64,000 nt of DNA from Candidatus Babeliales bacterium (GTDB taxonomy: Bacteria > Babelota > Babeliae > Babelales > JANWKD01). The notes under the pieces are model-generated. The model did no database searches. It saw only the letters and a list, made by a program, of their open reading frames with translations, and was not told the DNA's origin. The DNA lies in NCBI GenBank assembly GCA_963722255.1, contig CAVRJO010000001.1:736001-800000 (forward strand). Direction: 5' to 3'. Shown here one piece after another: positions 10,509-19,768 of the stretch (position 1 is the stretch's first letter; each line of letters begins with the position of its first letter). The translations under genes were made by a program, and so were the position numbers.

Positions 10509-12944
10509 ATGAGTAAAAAACTCCTAAAAATTCTTGTCTTATTACTGTTTTTAATAAACAACCCTAGTTTTGCAATGAAAAGAGCGAATAGGCCAATTTT
10601 TTCATTAAAAAGTTCTTTATTAGGCTCTAGCATAACTTTTTCTCACTTTTTACCAACATTAAATACCTCAAAAATGATTTATTCACAAAGCACAAGAGCT
10701 CACTTTGCTGAAAGATTTTATTCAAAACTAACAGCTGCTACGCCAGTATTTCAAAAATATCGACAATCTTATGACCAAAATGAATTTATAGGGCCTTTGG
10801 TTGCAGGCATTGCTATGGGTACCATCGCAAGCTCTGCAGTAAATAATTACAAGCATGTTTATGCCGATGAGGATATTAGCAAAGAACAACAAAATATCGA
10901 AAAAGAAATTATTGATGCCAGCAGCTTATTTGAATCATTAGAATGCTTGAAAAATAAGATAAACGAAAATCCATCACTTATTAACAAATACCAAGAAGCT
11001 GCCTTGAAACAATTTGATGTAATTACCTCAAATCCTCATTGGGCACCCTTATTAAAAATCTTATTTGAAGATGAAGCCTTAGCACAAAATCTCTGTAAAC
11101 GAATGAGTAGCAATGATTCTGCAGGAAAACAACTATTATTTTTAATCACAGAAAAATATTCTAGTACATTTACCAATACTGCTGCGCAGTATATGACACT
11201 AAATATTCAAGATCTGAATTTTAGTTCGTTTCATTCTATAAGCCTTATTGAAGAATTACTTGCTTCAAATTTTGAAAATCGAATCAAAATAACTTCAAGC
11301 ATATTTTCATACTGTAATAACATAGAAGATATTTTTAATAATAATGGTTTTTGGTTCTTGCTTGCAACTACAAAACATTCAGAATTACCGGAGCATTACG
11401 CAACATTAGTCGCAGAACAATTTAGTTCTTTAAAGCACCAACAATCTGAAGAATTTTATTTAAACCTTGATTCCTTTTTATCAAGTCAAAAGCCTTTGCC
11501 CTCAAAACTTAGCATTAAATTAGCGATGCAAAATTTACCTCTGGCATGCAATTTACTTATGTTTTCTAGGGTACTTTACAATGCTATTAATCAAAGCATA
11601 ACCACTATCGATAATCCTGAGACTTCTAAAAAACAAAAAATATCTGAAGCTTTGGTAGCGTATAGCTCAAGTATTGAAAATTCTAAATATGGCCCCTTTC
11701 TTTTGAATAGCATACTGAAAAAGAATGATGCTTTAAGTAAAAAATGGCACAAAGAGATTGAGCAAAGAATTAATACTGCTTCACCTTCAGCAATTATTTT
11801 ATTAACTGAACATCGTCCTTGTAATCCCAAAATAAAAAAATCACTTCAATCTTCAGAAAACAGTGGATCATTGGAAGATGAAATTAAGCATAGTATAAAA
11901 TCACATGCCTACCAAACTACATGTCCTCAGGATTGTACTCCTTTAAAAGCAAAATATAATAATCCTACCCATATTCATGTAACGCAGCTATCTAAAAAAT
12001 TAGTTCAACACTATCGTAAATTACTCAAGAGCGAAAACAGTTTATCTTGCATCGTTTATGATCAACAAAATTTCTTTGAACTTTGTAAGTCCTCTAATCA
12101 GCATTTAGAAAATATGATTAGTCAAGTTATTAAAAAAGAAAAAGAATTAAACAATAATGATTATTATACTTTTATTCATGGTCAAAAAAGTGAATATCTC
12201 CTTCATGAACAATTGCATACTTTTTTACAGCAATTAGCTCATAATGAAAAATCTTCAGGAGAACATATAGCATTACATGTTAAACCAGGGATTAAAAATT
12301 CAAATGACTTAAAAGAACAAAAAAAATTAAGAAAGCACTTATTACAACATGGAATAGATACTAGAGAAGATGAACGTAAATTATTATTTGTTAATTGGGC
12401 TTATTTTAGCAATATAACAAGATTAGGAGCATCTTCTGCTTATTACATAAAGCAAAATTGTAATATAGGCAATGTACGGATAACAACTGAGGATGTCTTT
12501 AAAATAAATCATATTGAATGTCTTTATCCAAAATATAAAGATACGTTCGAAGAGCTCCAAAAAGAATTTAAAAGTTTAACCAATTTTGGAACATGTATTT
12601 TAGTTGCAATTCCAAAAAAAACAGTTAATAAACATATTTATTCTTCTCAGGGCTATGGTTTTAAACAAGCTGTCGCTATTAAAAACATAGGCGAAACTGA
12701 TGACATGAGCACAATCATGGAAACCTTACTTAATGAACCTGAAAAAATCGATGATATTGACCAAATGGAATTTTGTATCCCTATGACCTATGACAAAAAG
12801 GGCGCACTTAACCCAGAAAGTGGTATTAAGATCTTTGCTTTCACTGCAGCTGATCAAGAAGAATTAGATGCCTATTATGCTCGCCAAAAAGCTTTATTTG
12901 AAGAAATAAAGAAGGATATTGAAAAGCTTCAAGCTATTTCTTAA
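10509..12944 (+). CDS. Large secreted hypothetical protein
   Basis: Signal peptide SFA|MKR, then a basic Ser-rich stretch and a hydrophobic segment; TTGACA...TATACT promoter upstream. Confidence 0.8.
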   Translation: MSKKLLKILVLLLFLINNPSFAMKRANRPIFSLKSSLLGSSITFSHFLPTLNTSKMIYSQSTRAHFAERFYSKLTAATPVFQKYRQSYDQNEFIGPLVAGIAMGTIASSAVNNYKHVYADEDISKEQQNIEKEIIDASSLFESLECLKNKINENPSLINKYQEAALKQFDVITSNPHWAPLLKILFEDEALAQNLCKRMSSNDSAGKQLLFLITEKYSSTFTNTAAQYMTLNIQDLNFSSFHSISLIEELLASNFENRIKITSSIFSYCNNIEDIFNNNGFWFLLATTKHSELPEHYATLVAEQFSSLKHQQSEEFYLNLDSFLSSQKPLPSKLSIKLAMQNLPLACNLLMFSRVLYNAINQSITTIDNPETSKKQKISEALVAYSSSIENSKYGPFLLNSILKKNDALSKKWHKEIEQRINTASPSAIILLTEHRPCNPKIKKSLQSSENSGSLEDEIKHSIKSHAYQTTCPQDCTPLKAKYNNPTHIHVTQLSKKLVQHYRKLLKSENSLSCIVYDQQNFFELCKSSNQHLENMISQVIKKEKELNNNDYYTFIHGQKSEYLLHEQLHTFLQQLAHNEKSSGEHIALHVKPGIKNSNDLKEQKKLRKHLLQHGIDTREDERKLLFVNWAYFSNITRLGASSAYYIKQNCNIGNVRITTEDVFKINHIECLYPKYKDTFEELQKEFKSLTNFGTCILVAIPKKTVNKHIYSSQGYGFKQAVAIKNIGETDDMSTIMETLLNEPEKIDDIDQMEFCIPMTYDKKGALNPESGIKIFAFTAADQEELDAYYARQKALFEEIKKDIEKLQAIS

Positions 12945-13063
12945 ACAGCCATTCAAATAGTTCAATAAAGCATAAATTGGATTTGGCAATTTCTCAATTT
13001 GATGTTAAACTAGTGGTTAATTGTTGTTATATTTTAATCTCTTAACCCACTCGCGAGCACTGA

Positions 13064-14882
13064 ATGTCCAAAGAAGTCATAAAAAGTAGTCAATTTGCCC
13101 ATGTCCATAAGGACTGGAACGACGAATCCTTAGAACTCAATCAAGAACAATCACAAGAGCTCAATGCCTTGTATGCAGGGATTGTTGACAGATTTAAACC
13201 CGGTAAAATTGTTGTTGGTAAAGTTATTGCCATTGATTCAAATGGCGTATTAGTTGATATCGGTTACAAATCATATGGTCTTATTCCATTTTATGAATTT
13301 TCAGACCATGAACTTAAAAAAGCTAACCGTAGGTTCAGAAATAGAAGTCATTCTTGATGAACTTGAAAATGTCGCCGGAAATCTCAGCCTTTCTTATGAA
13401 AAAGCTAAGGCATTACGAGCTTGGGATCATATTACAAAGCTCTTTGAAGAAAACAAGCCTGTTGATGGTATTGTTACTCATAAAGTACGTGGTGGACTCA
13501 GCGTTGACATCGGTATTCCCGCATTCTTACCCGGCTCGCAAGTTGATGTTCAACGAGTTACCGACTTTGATCAATATGTAGGTCAAACTATAACGGCATA
13601 CATCATAAAAATTAACCAAAAACGTGGCAACGTTATCATTTCTCGTCGTAAATTCTTAAATGACCAGCGTCAAGAATCTCGCAAGAAGGTACTTGAAGGC
13701 TTAAAAGAAAACTCCGTCATCCAAGGTGTCGTAAAAAATATTACCAACTATGGTGTATTTATTGATATTGGTGGCGTTGATGGACTTCTTCATATTACCG
13801 ATATGACCTGGGGCCGTATTACTCACCCAAGTGAGCTTCTTAAGATTGGTGATAAGGTAACCGTTAAAGTGCTTTCCTTTGATAAGGACAATGAGAAGAT
13901 CTCTCTTGGCATGAAACAACTTACCGATAACCCATGGGCAACCGTAAGCGATGATGTTAAAGTAGGCGCTCAAGTTAAGGGCAAAATTTCAAGCATCACC
14001 GATTATGGCCTCTTTGTAGAAATTCAAAAGGGTGTAGAAGGACTTGTGCATATTTCTGAAGTTTCTTGGACCGATAGAATTCATGACCTTCATAAGCATT
14101 TTAAAGTTGGTGATTACATCGACGTTCTTATTGTTTCTCTTGATAAAGAAAATCGTAGAATGTCACTCAGTATAAAGCAACTTCAAAAAAATCCATGGCA
14201 AGCAATCGGCGAACAGTTCAAAGTTGGTCAAAAAATAAAAGGCCAAATTAGCAACATTACCGATTTTGGTATTTTTGTACAATTATTACCTGGTATTGAT
14301 GGACTCGTTCATATTTCTGATCTTTCATGGACAGAGCATATAACACACCCAGCCGATATTTACAAAAAAGGACAAGAAGTTGAGGCTGTTGTTCTGAGCG
14401 TCGATGAAGCAAATAAGCGCATTGCACTTGGCATCAAACAAATTCAACCCAATCCATGGGAACTGATTGAACAAGAGTATCCGGTTGGTAAAATTATTGA
14501 GGGCGAAGTTTCTAAGATTACTAATTTTGGAGCCTTCATAAAACTTCCTATCGGTATTGAAGGACTTGTTCATATTTCTGAATTGGCTAAAAATAATGTT
14601 GATAATGTAAATGATATTCTTAAAGTTGGCCAAAAGTACCAATTCCGTGTCATTAAGGTAAGCAAAGAAGAGCACAAGCTTGGATTGAGCCTTAAATTAA
14701 CTGATGAAGAAGAAGTAAAGGAAAAGAAAGCAGTTAAAAAAGAAGCTCCTTTCCAAGAAAAACCGGCTCGTAAAGAAAAAAGACCTGAACAACAACAGCA
14801 ACCGGCAAGTAAGCAAAAATCAATGCTTCAAATTGAACTTGAAAAACATGCTGCTCGCCAAGGTAGTGAATCAGACGAATAA
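13064..14882 (+). CDS. rpsA: 30S ribosomal protein S1, with a 1-nt frameshift at A-run 13316-13321
   Basis: Repeated S1 domains (VKNITNYGVFIDIGGVDGLLHITDMTW etc.); N-terminal part lies in ORF 13064..13357. Confidence 0.95.
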
Positions 14883-14902
14883 GTATTCACCAGGAGTTAT
14901 CT

Positions 14903-15313
14903 ATGATTGAAAAGACATTTGCAATTATTAAACCACATGCTGTTGCTTCAAAGCATACGGGTGATATTATTTCGTTGATCGAAAAAAATGGTTTTGAAAT
15001 AGTTGGCTTAGAAAAAATACAGCTCAGCAAAAAACAGGCTGAACATTTTTATGCTATTCATAATGAAAAGCCTTTTTTTGGAGCATTAGTGGATAATATT
15101 ATATCAGGACCTGTTCTTGTGATGGTATTACAAAAAGATAACGCTATCAAAGCATGGCGTGATTTTATGGGAGCAACTGATCCTTTAAAAGCAGAATCCG
15201 GAACATTGCGTAAAATCTTTGGTCAATCTATCGATTTTAATGCAACACATGGTTCTGACTCTTCTGAAAATGCACTTTTAGAAATTAGGCAGTTTTTTCC
15301 TAATTTAGCTTAA
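14903..15313 (+). CDS. ndk: Nucleoside diphosphate kinase
   Basis: EKTFAIIKPHAV, GTLR, NATHGSDS. Confidence 0.95.
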   Translation: MIEKTFAIIKPHAVASKHTGDIISLIEKNGFEIVGLEKIQLSKKQAEHFYAIHNEKPFFGALVDNIISGPVLVMVLQKDNAIKAWRDFMGATDPLKAESGTLRKIFGQSIDFNATHGSDSSENALLEIRQFFPNLA

Positions 15314-15322
15314 AAATAGAAG

Positions 15323-15359
15323 ATGGAGAACGATAGTATATCGTTCTCCATGCCTTTTT
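15323..15359 (+). terminator. Intrinsic terminator after rpsA-ndk
   Basis: 13-bp stem ATGGAGAACGATA/TATCGTTCTCCAT followed by a T tract. Confidence 0.65.
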
Positions 15360-15408
15360 CAAAAAAACAAATTTTTTCCTTCATTGTCTCATTATTAAAA
15401 GGAGTTTC

Positions 15409-15921
15409 ATGAAAAGAGTTATTGCAATAATGCTAGCAGTCTTTATCATTTTATTGTCAGTTATTGGCGTTAAAAATCTAGTCAATCTTAAAAATGAAAA
15501 CATTTCTCACCAAGGCATTGAACGGACCTTTGCTTTTATTAAGCCTGATGCTGTTGCTGCGCATAACAGTGGCAAAATTATTGATCTTATTGAGCAGAAT
15601 GGATTTGATATTATTCGTATGCAAAAAATTCAATTGAATAAAAATCAAGCTGAACAATTTTATGCAGTTCATAAAGAACGTCCATTTTTTAAAGAGTTAA
15701 TTACCTATATGACCTCCGGGCCAGCAATTGCTCTTGTTTTACAAAAGGAAAACGCTGTTCAAGCATGGCGCAACCTTATGGGAAGCACCAATCCTGCAAC
15801 GGCAGCTGAAGGAACTATACGAAAATTATATGGCACTGATATAACGCATAATGCTACACACGGTTCTGATTCAAAAGAAAATGCATTACAAGAAATGAGG
15901 CAATTCTTTAATGATCTTTAG
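15409..15921 (+). CDS. ndk: Second nucleoside diphosphate kinase, with N-terminal signal/anchor
   Basis: MKRVIAIMLAVFIILLSVIGV, then ERTFAFIKPDAV...NATHGSDS. Confidence 0.9.
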   Translation: MKRVIAIMLAVFIILLSVIGVKNLVNLKNENISHQGIERTFAFIKPDAVAAHNSGKIIDLIEQNGFDIIRMQKIQLNKNQAEQFYAVHKERPFFKELITYMTSGPAIALVLQKENAVQAWRNLMGSTNPATAAEGTIRKLYGTDITHNATHGSDSKENALQEMRQFFNDL

Positions 15922-16708
15922 AAAGATTGGCATTTTTGATTCTGGAATTGGGGGACTTTCTTTAGTAAAAGAGTTGATTTCAATTCCTGGATTAGAATTT
16001 ATTTATTATGCTGATACTGCGCATGTTCCTTATGGCAATCGCACACAAGAAGATATTCAAAAACTAAGTTACGCTGCAGTTCAGTTTTTATTACAACACC
16101 AAGTTGATGCCATTATTATTGCATGTCATACTGCAGCAACTAATGCACTTGCCTTTTTAAAAGCTCAATTCCCAACCATACATTTTATTGATGTTGTCGA
16201 ACTTATTGTAGATCAAACGGTTCTACATTCTCCAAAAAAAATCGGTATTTTAGGAACACATGCAACTGTTGCAAGCGGTATACATAAAAACTTCTTGGTC
16301 CAAGCCTTACCAGATTGCGAAATTATTGCACAAGAATGTCCACTTCTTGCTTCAGCTATAGAAAATGATTGGAATAATAGCCATTATCTGCTTGAACTTA
16401 TCAAACACTATGGCACTCCACTAATTAATGCACGCATTGATACCTTAGTTCTTGCTTGCACTCATTATTCATTAATTCAGCCGATTATTGCGCAGACATT
16501 TGGTTCATCAGTTAAACTTATTTCAGCTGAACAAAATCTACAAACAAAACTGGAGCCTTTTATAGACTCCAGCATTACAAAGTCGTCTGCCCTACAATGG
16601 TATTCAAGCGGTAATTATAGAGATTTTATTGTAAAGGTAGAAATGCTTCTTCGCCCTTACTGCATTGAGATACAACCTCAGCCTGGGTTGGATCAACATA
16701 TGTCTTGA
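15911..16708 (+). CDS. murI: Glutamate racemase
   Basis: IGIFDSGIGGLS, PYG, IACHTA, LACTHY. Confidence 0.95.
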   Translation: MIFRKIGIFDSGIGGLSLVKELISIPGLEFIYYADTAHVPYGNRTQEDIQKLSYAAVQFLLQHQVDAIIIACHTAATNALAFLKAQFPTIHFIDVVELIVDQTVLHSPKKIGILGTHATVASGIHKNFLVQALPDCEIIAQECPLLASAIENDWNNSHYLLELIKHYGTPLINARIDTLVLACTHYSLIQPIIAQTFGSSVKLISAEQNLQTKLEPFIDSSITKSSALQWYSSGNYRDFIVKVEMLLRPYCIEIQPQPGLDQHMS

Positions 16709-16780
16709 TCATTTCTATCATTTCTGAAGGATCGGAATAAGCTCCTCAAGCTTTCAAAGACCACACAAAGAGGAATGCTG

Positions 16781-16949
16781 GGAAATGTCATCCAGAGGAT
16801 CTTCACGAAAGTGAAGTCCGTGGGATCCAGTTATAAAATTAAAGTCAAAACATCTAATTATTTTATATAAAAATCGTCATATAAACAAAATTTTTAATGA
16901 ATTTTAATTTATCTACTGGATTCCACGCTTCGCTCTGAATGACAATTCC
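16781..16949. repeat. Palindromic MITE/RPE-like element
   Basis: TGTCATCCAGAG...GTGGGATCCAG, an AT-rich spacer, then CTGGATTCCAC...CTCTGAATGACA; nested inverted repeats between convergent genes. Confidence 0.7.
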
Positions 16950-17084
16950 GTTTATATTATTCTTTAGCAGTTCTGCAATATTTGTATCATATAATACATA
17001 TACAATTAACGATTTATCGTATCGAATTCCTGTCTAAGTAAAAGAATTTAACGTCAATTATTTTTTTCATACGTATAAATCATA

Positions 17085-17780
17085 TTAAACTTTTATCTCT
17101 TGTAACTCTTTGTGCATCCATTGAGAACCAACTTCAATTTCTTGATAGCCTTTTTTTTCATAAAACTGTTCTTTGCCTTTTTCGGCATAAAAGAATATTT
17201 TTGAGCAGTTAGATAGACGCATTTCTTTCTCTAAATCTTCAAGCAATAAGCCAGCATACCCACGATTTCTAAACTTTTTTTTAGTTTTTAGTAAATCAAT
17301 TCTGCATTCACAGCCTTGACCATGAGCACCTTCAAATACTCTAAATTTTAATAATGCAACTTCTTTTAAATCATTAAGATCAGCGTCAGCAACTTCATTC
17401 TTTTTATCATCACTCTGTAACTGTAGCTTTTTTATTCCTGAAAAGTTATATTCTATGGGTCCAAGAACAATAGCCTCTATCCGTTTTTTTGAAACACGAG
17501 ACATAATTCTATGTACATCAGTAGCAAGAGTTATTTTAGCGTCAGATTTTAATTCTTTATATCTAAAACTATCATTAATAGTCGTGGGTTTTTCTTTATC
17601 CAAAAACTCTTCATACGAAGCATATGATTTTTTTTCTATATATTGATTAGCTAAATAACTTAAGCCAAACAATGAAAATGCATGTCGTAATCCTAAGGAC
17701 CTAAAGGATTGCATAGCATATAATGATGAACTACCAAAAAAAATGAGAATCATTACTACTTTTTGAACACAATGTTTCAT
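17085..17780 (-). CDS. Secreted GNAT acetyltransferase
   Basis: FRNRGYAGLLL and FYEKKGY motifs; signal peptide LYA|MQ. Confidence 0.85.
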   Translation of the reverse strand: MKHCVQKVVMILIFFGSSSLYAMQSFRSLGLRHAFSLFGLSYLANQYIEKKSYASYEEFLDKEKPTTINDSFRYKELKSDAKITLATDVHRIMSRVSKKRIEAIVLGPIEYNFSGIKKLQLQSDDKKNEVADADLNDLKEVALLKFRVFEGAHGQGCECRIDLLKTKKKFRNRGYAGLLLEDLEKEMRLSNCSKIFFYAEKGKEQFYEKKGYQEIEVGSQWMHKELQEIKV

Positions 17781-17808
17781 ACAACTTCCTTTTACTTAAA
17801 TAAAATAG

Positions 17809-18507
17809 TTATTTAAGCCTCTTAAGTTTTTTTTCCATAAAACCGGTATCTGGATCAACTTCTTTAAATCCTCGATCTTTATAAAACTTTTCTTTTCCAA
17901 TTATTGCATTCAATGTTATAGCTTCACAACCACCACGGCGTGCATCATCTTCTACAGAACGCAGCAATAAAGATCCAAACCCTTTACCACGCTGCTTACG
18001 TTTTGTTTTTATAAAGGCAACATCGCATTCACATGCTTGCCCAGGCAATTCCTGCACCTGATATTTTACAAAAGATAATGAAGAATTAGAATCCATTTGT
18101 GCTTCATAATTTTGTTGGTCATCGTCTTGTGATAATGATTTTACTCCTTCATAGAGCACTGGAATATGTTCCACAGTAACAATATCTTCTCCTGTTAAAG
18201 CCGGTTCAAAATATTTTTTTGTTACCTTTACATCAGTTTTAAGAACTAATGTTGTGTTATTATCATTGCCTTGAAATTCATAACGCTGAAACGCTGAGCC
18301 ATCATTATTTGGTTTCATCTCTTTATGCAAAAACTCATTATATGAACCATATCTCTTATTATCTTCCAAATACTGTTGTGCCATATAGCCAATCCCCAAA
18401 AACGAGGCAACATACGGTAATTTCGATTTTTTCATGGTTTGCATAGTATATAAAGAAAAGTTACCAAAAAATAAGAATAGCACTGCTATTTTTGAACTAT
18501 TATTCAT
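17809..18507 (-). CDS. Secreted GNAT acetyltransferase (tandem paralog)
   Basis: QRGKGFGSLLL and FYKDRGF motifs; signal peptide LYT|MQ. Confidence 0.85.
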   Translation of the reverse strand: MNNSSKIAVLFLFFGNFSLYTMQTMKKSKLPYVASFLGIGYMAQQYLEDNKRYGSYNEFLHKEMKPNNDGSAFQRYEFQGNDNNTTLVLKTDVKVTKKYFEPALTGEDIVTVEHIPVLYEGVKSLSQDDDQQNYEAQMDSNSSLSFVKYQVQELPGQACECDVAFIKTKRKQRGKGFGSLLLRSVEDDARRGGCEAITLNAIIGKEKFYKDRGFKEVDPDTGFMEKKLKRLK

Positions 18508-18580
18508 AAAAACACCCTAAAATTCAATGAATTTTTACTATTACACTATTTATTGTAATGCAAATTGAAAAAAAATCAAG

Positions 18581-18602
18581 AAAAAAGCCCCTTGCGGGGC
18601 TT
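18581..18602 (-). terminator. Intrinsic terminator downstream of the fasciclin gene
   Basis: AAAAAAGCCCCTTGCGGGGCTT; hairpin plus U tract on the minus strand. Confidence 0.7.
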
Positions 18603-18659
18603 AAATTAAATTTTCTTTAAGGAAAAAAAGGCTACAGAATCACCTCTGTTGTAATGGTA

Positions 18660-19211
18660 TTACATTATAACGGCATTAATAGCATGCACAACACCATTAG
18701 TACCGATTATATCCATACCTATAGCAGAAGCTGAATCATTTATTTTGATTTTACCATTTTTAACACCAATACCAAGCTTTCTGCCCGCAAAGGGTAGTAC
18801 ATATTCCATATGCATTAACTCAGTTGCTAATACACGGCCCGGGATTATATGTAAGTTTAAAACATTTCTAAGCCTCTGTACGCCCTTATCAGTTGCTATA
18901 TCATTAAAAATAGCATCATAGGTTTCAGCACCTAACATTTCATCGCTTTTTAAAAAACGAAATGCTTCATCCGTTGGAGCAAAAATAGTAATTTCTTTAG
19001 CGGCTTCTATAGGCGCAGCATATCCTGCCTTTTTTATATTTTCATAAAAGATTGGAAAAGCTCTCTTTATGATTTCAATAACATTAAGATCTGTTTTGTA
19101 TTGTAGATTCCCTTGATGTGCCGGATTACGTGACGTACCTTGGCTACCTATGCCATTAAATGGGATCAAAAATAGGCTATAGAACATGACTAATTTAATA
19201 ATCTTTATCAT
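18660..19211 (-). CDS. Fasciclin (FAS1) domain protein
   Basis: TIFAPTDEAF, LHIIPG, DIIGTNGVVHAINAVI. Confidence 0.9.
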   Translation of the reverse strand: MIKIIKLVMFYSLFLIPFNGIGSQGTSRNPAHQGNLQYKTDLNVIEIIKRAFPIFYENIKKAGYAAPIEAAKEITIFAPTDEAFRFLKSDEMLGAETYDAIFNDIATDKGVQRLRNVLNLHIIPGRVLATELMHMEYVLPFAGRKLGIGVKNGKIKINDSASAIGMDIIGTNGVVHAINAVIM

Positions 19212-19306
19212 TATAACTCTCCTTTGCTAATCTTACAGTATAATAAGCTTAGCATAAATTTAATCTGTAAATCAATATTTGTAATTTTTTATAAATAAGC
19301 GGCTTT

Positions 19307-19768
19307 ATGAACAATTTTTTTGATTTTTTAAAAATTACACTTTTTGTACTCATTCTTTTATCAATTGCATTGAAGAAAACTATTGCAATGGAAGATGATG
19401 CACTGCCAACAGAAGGCGATGCACTCTATCAAGAAGCTATTAACAAGTTAATACAAGAACTTAAAGGAGAGACGCTTCCTTGCACAGATAATTCTGAATA
19501 TAGTATCGATACAAATCTATGCACAAATCAAAACCAGCATGAAGCACAAAAATGTGCACCGACAAAATTCAGTAAACTACAATGCGATATTTGCTATAAA
19601 AATTACAAAACCGAACAGTTATTAGAGCTCCATCGCAACGTAAGACACCTTAAGTTATTTTATGTGTGTGCAAACTGTAAAGAATCATTTAACCATATAG
19701 CATTATTGGAAGCTCATCAGGCTCAAAACATATGTGACCAAAAAACTATTCTTGCTGAAATGAATTAA
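19307..19768 (+). CDS. Secreted C2H2 zinc-finger protein
   Basis: CDIC-x12-HRNVRH and CANC-x12-H-x5-C; signal peptide TIA|ME. Confidence 0.8.
   Translation: MNNFFDFLKITLFVLILLSIALKKTIAMEDDALPTEGDALYQEAINKLIQELKGETLPCTDNSEYSIDTNLCTNQNQHEAQKCAPTKFSKLQCDICYKNYKTEQLLELHRNVRHLKLFYVCANCKESFNHIALLEAHQAQNICDQKTILAEMN

Noticed and set aside
13311..13325. Programmed -1 frameshift at AAAAAAG in rpsA
   Set aside because: The needed shift is +1, and similar indels elsewhere point to sequencing error
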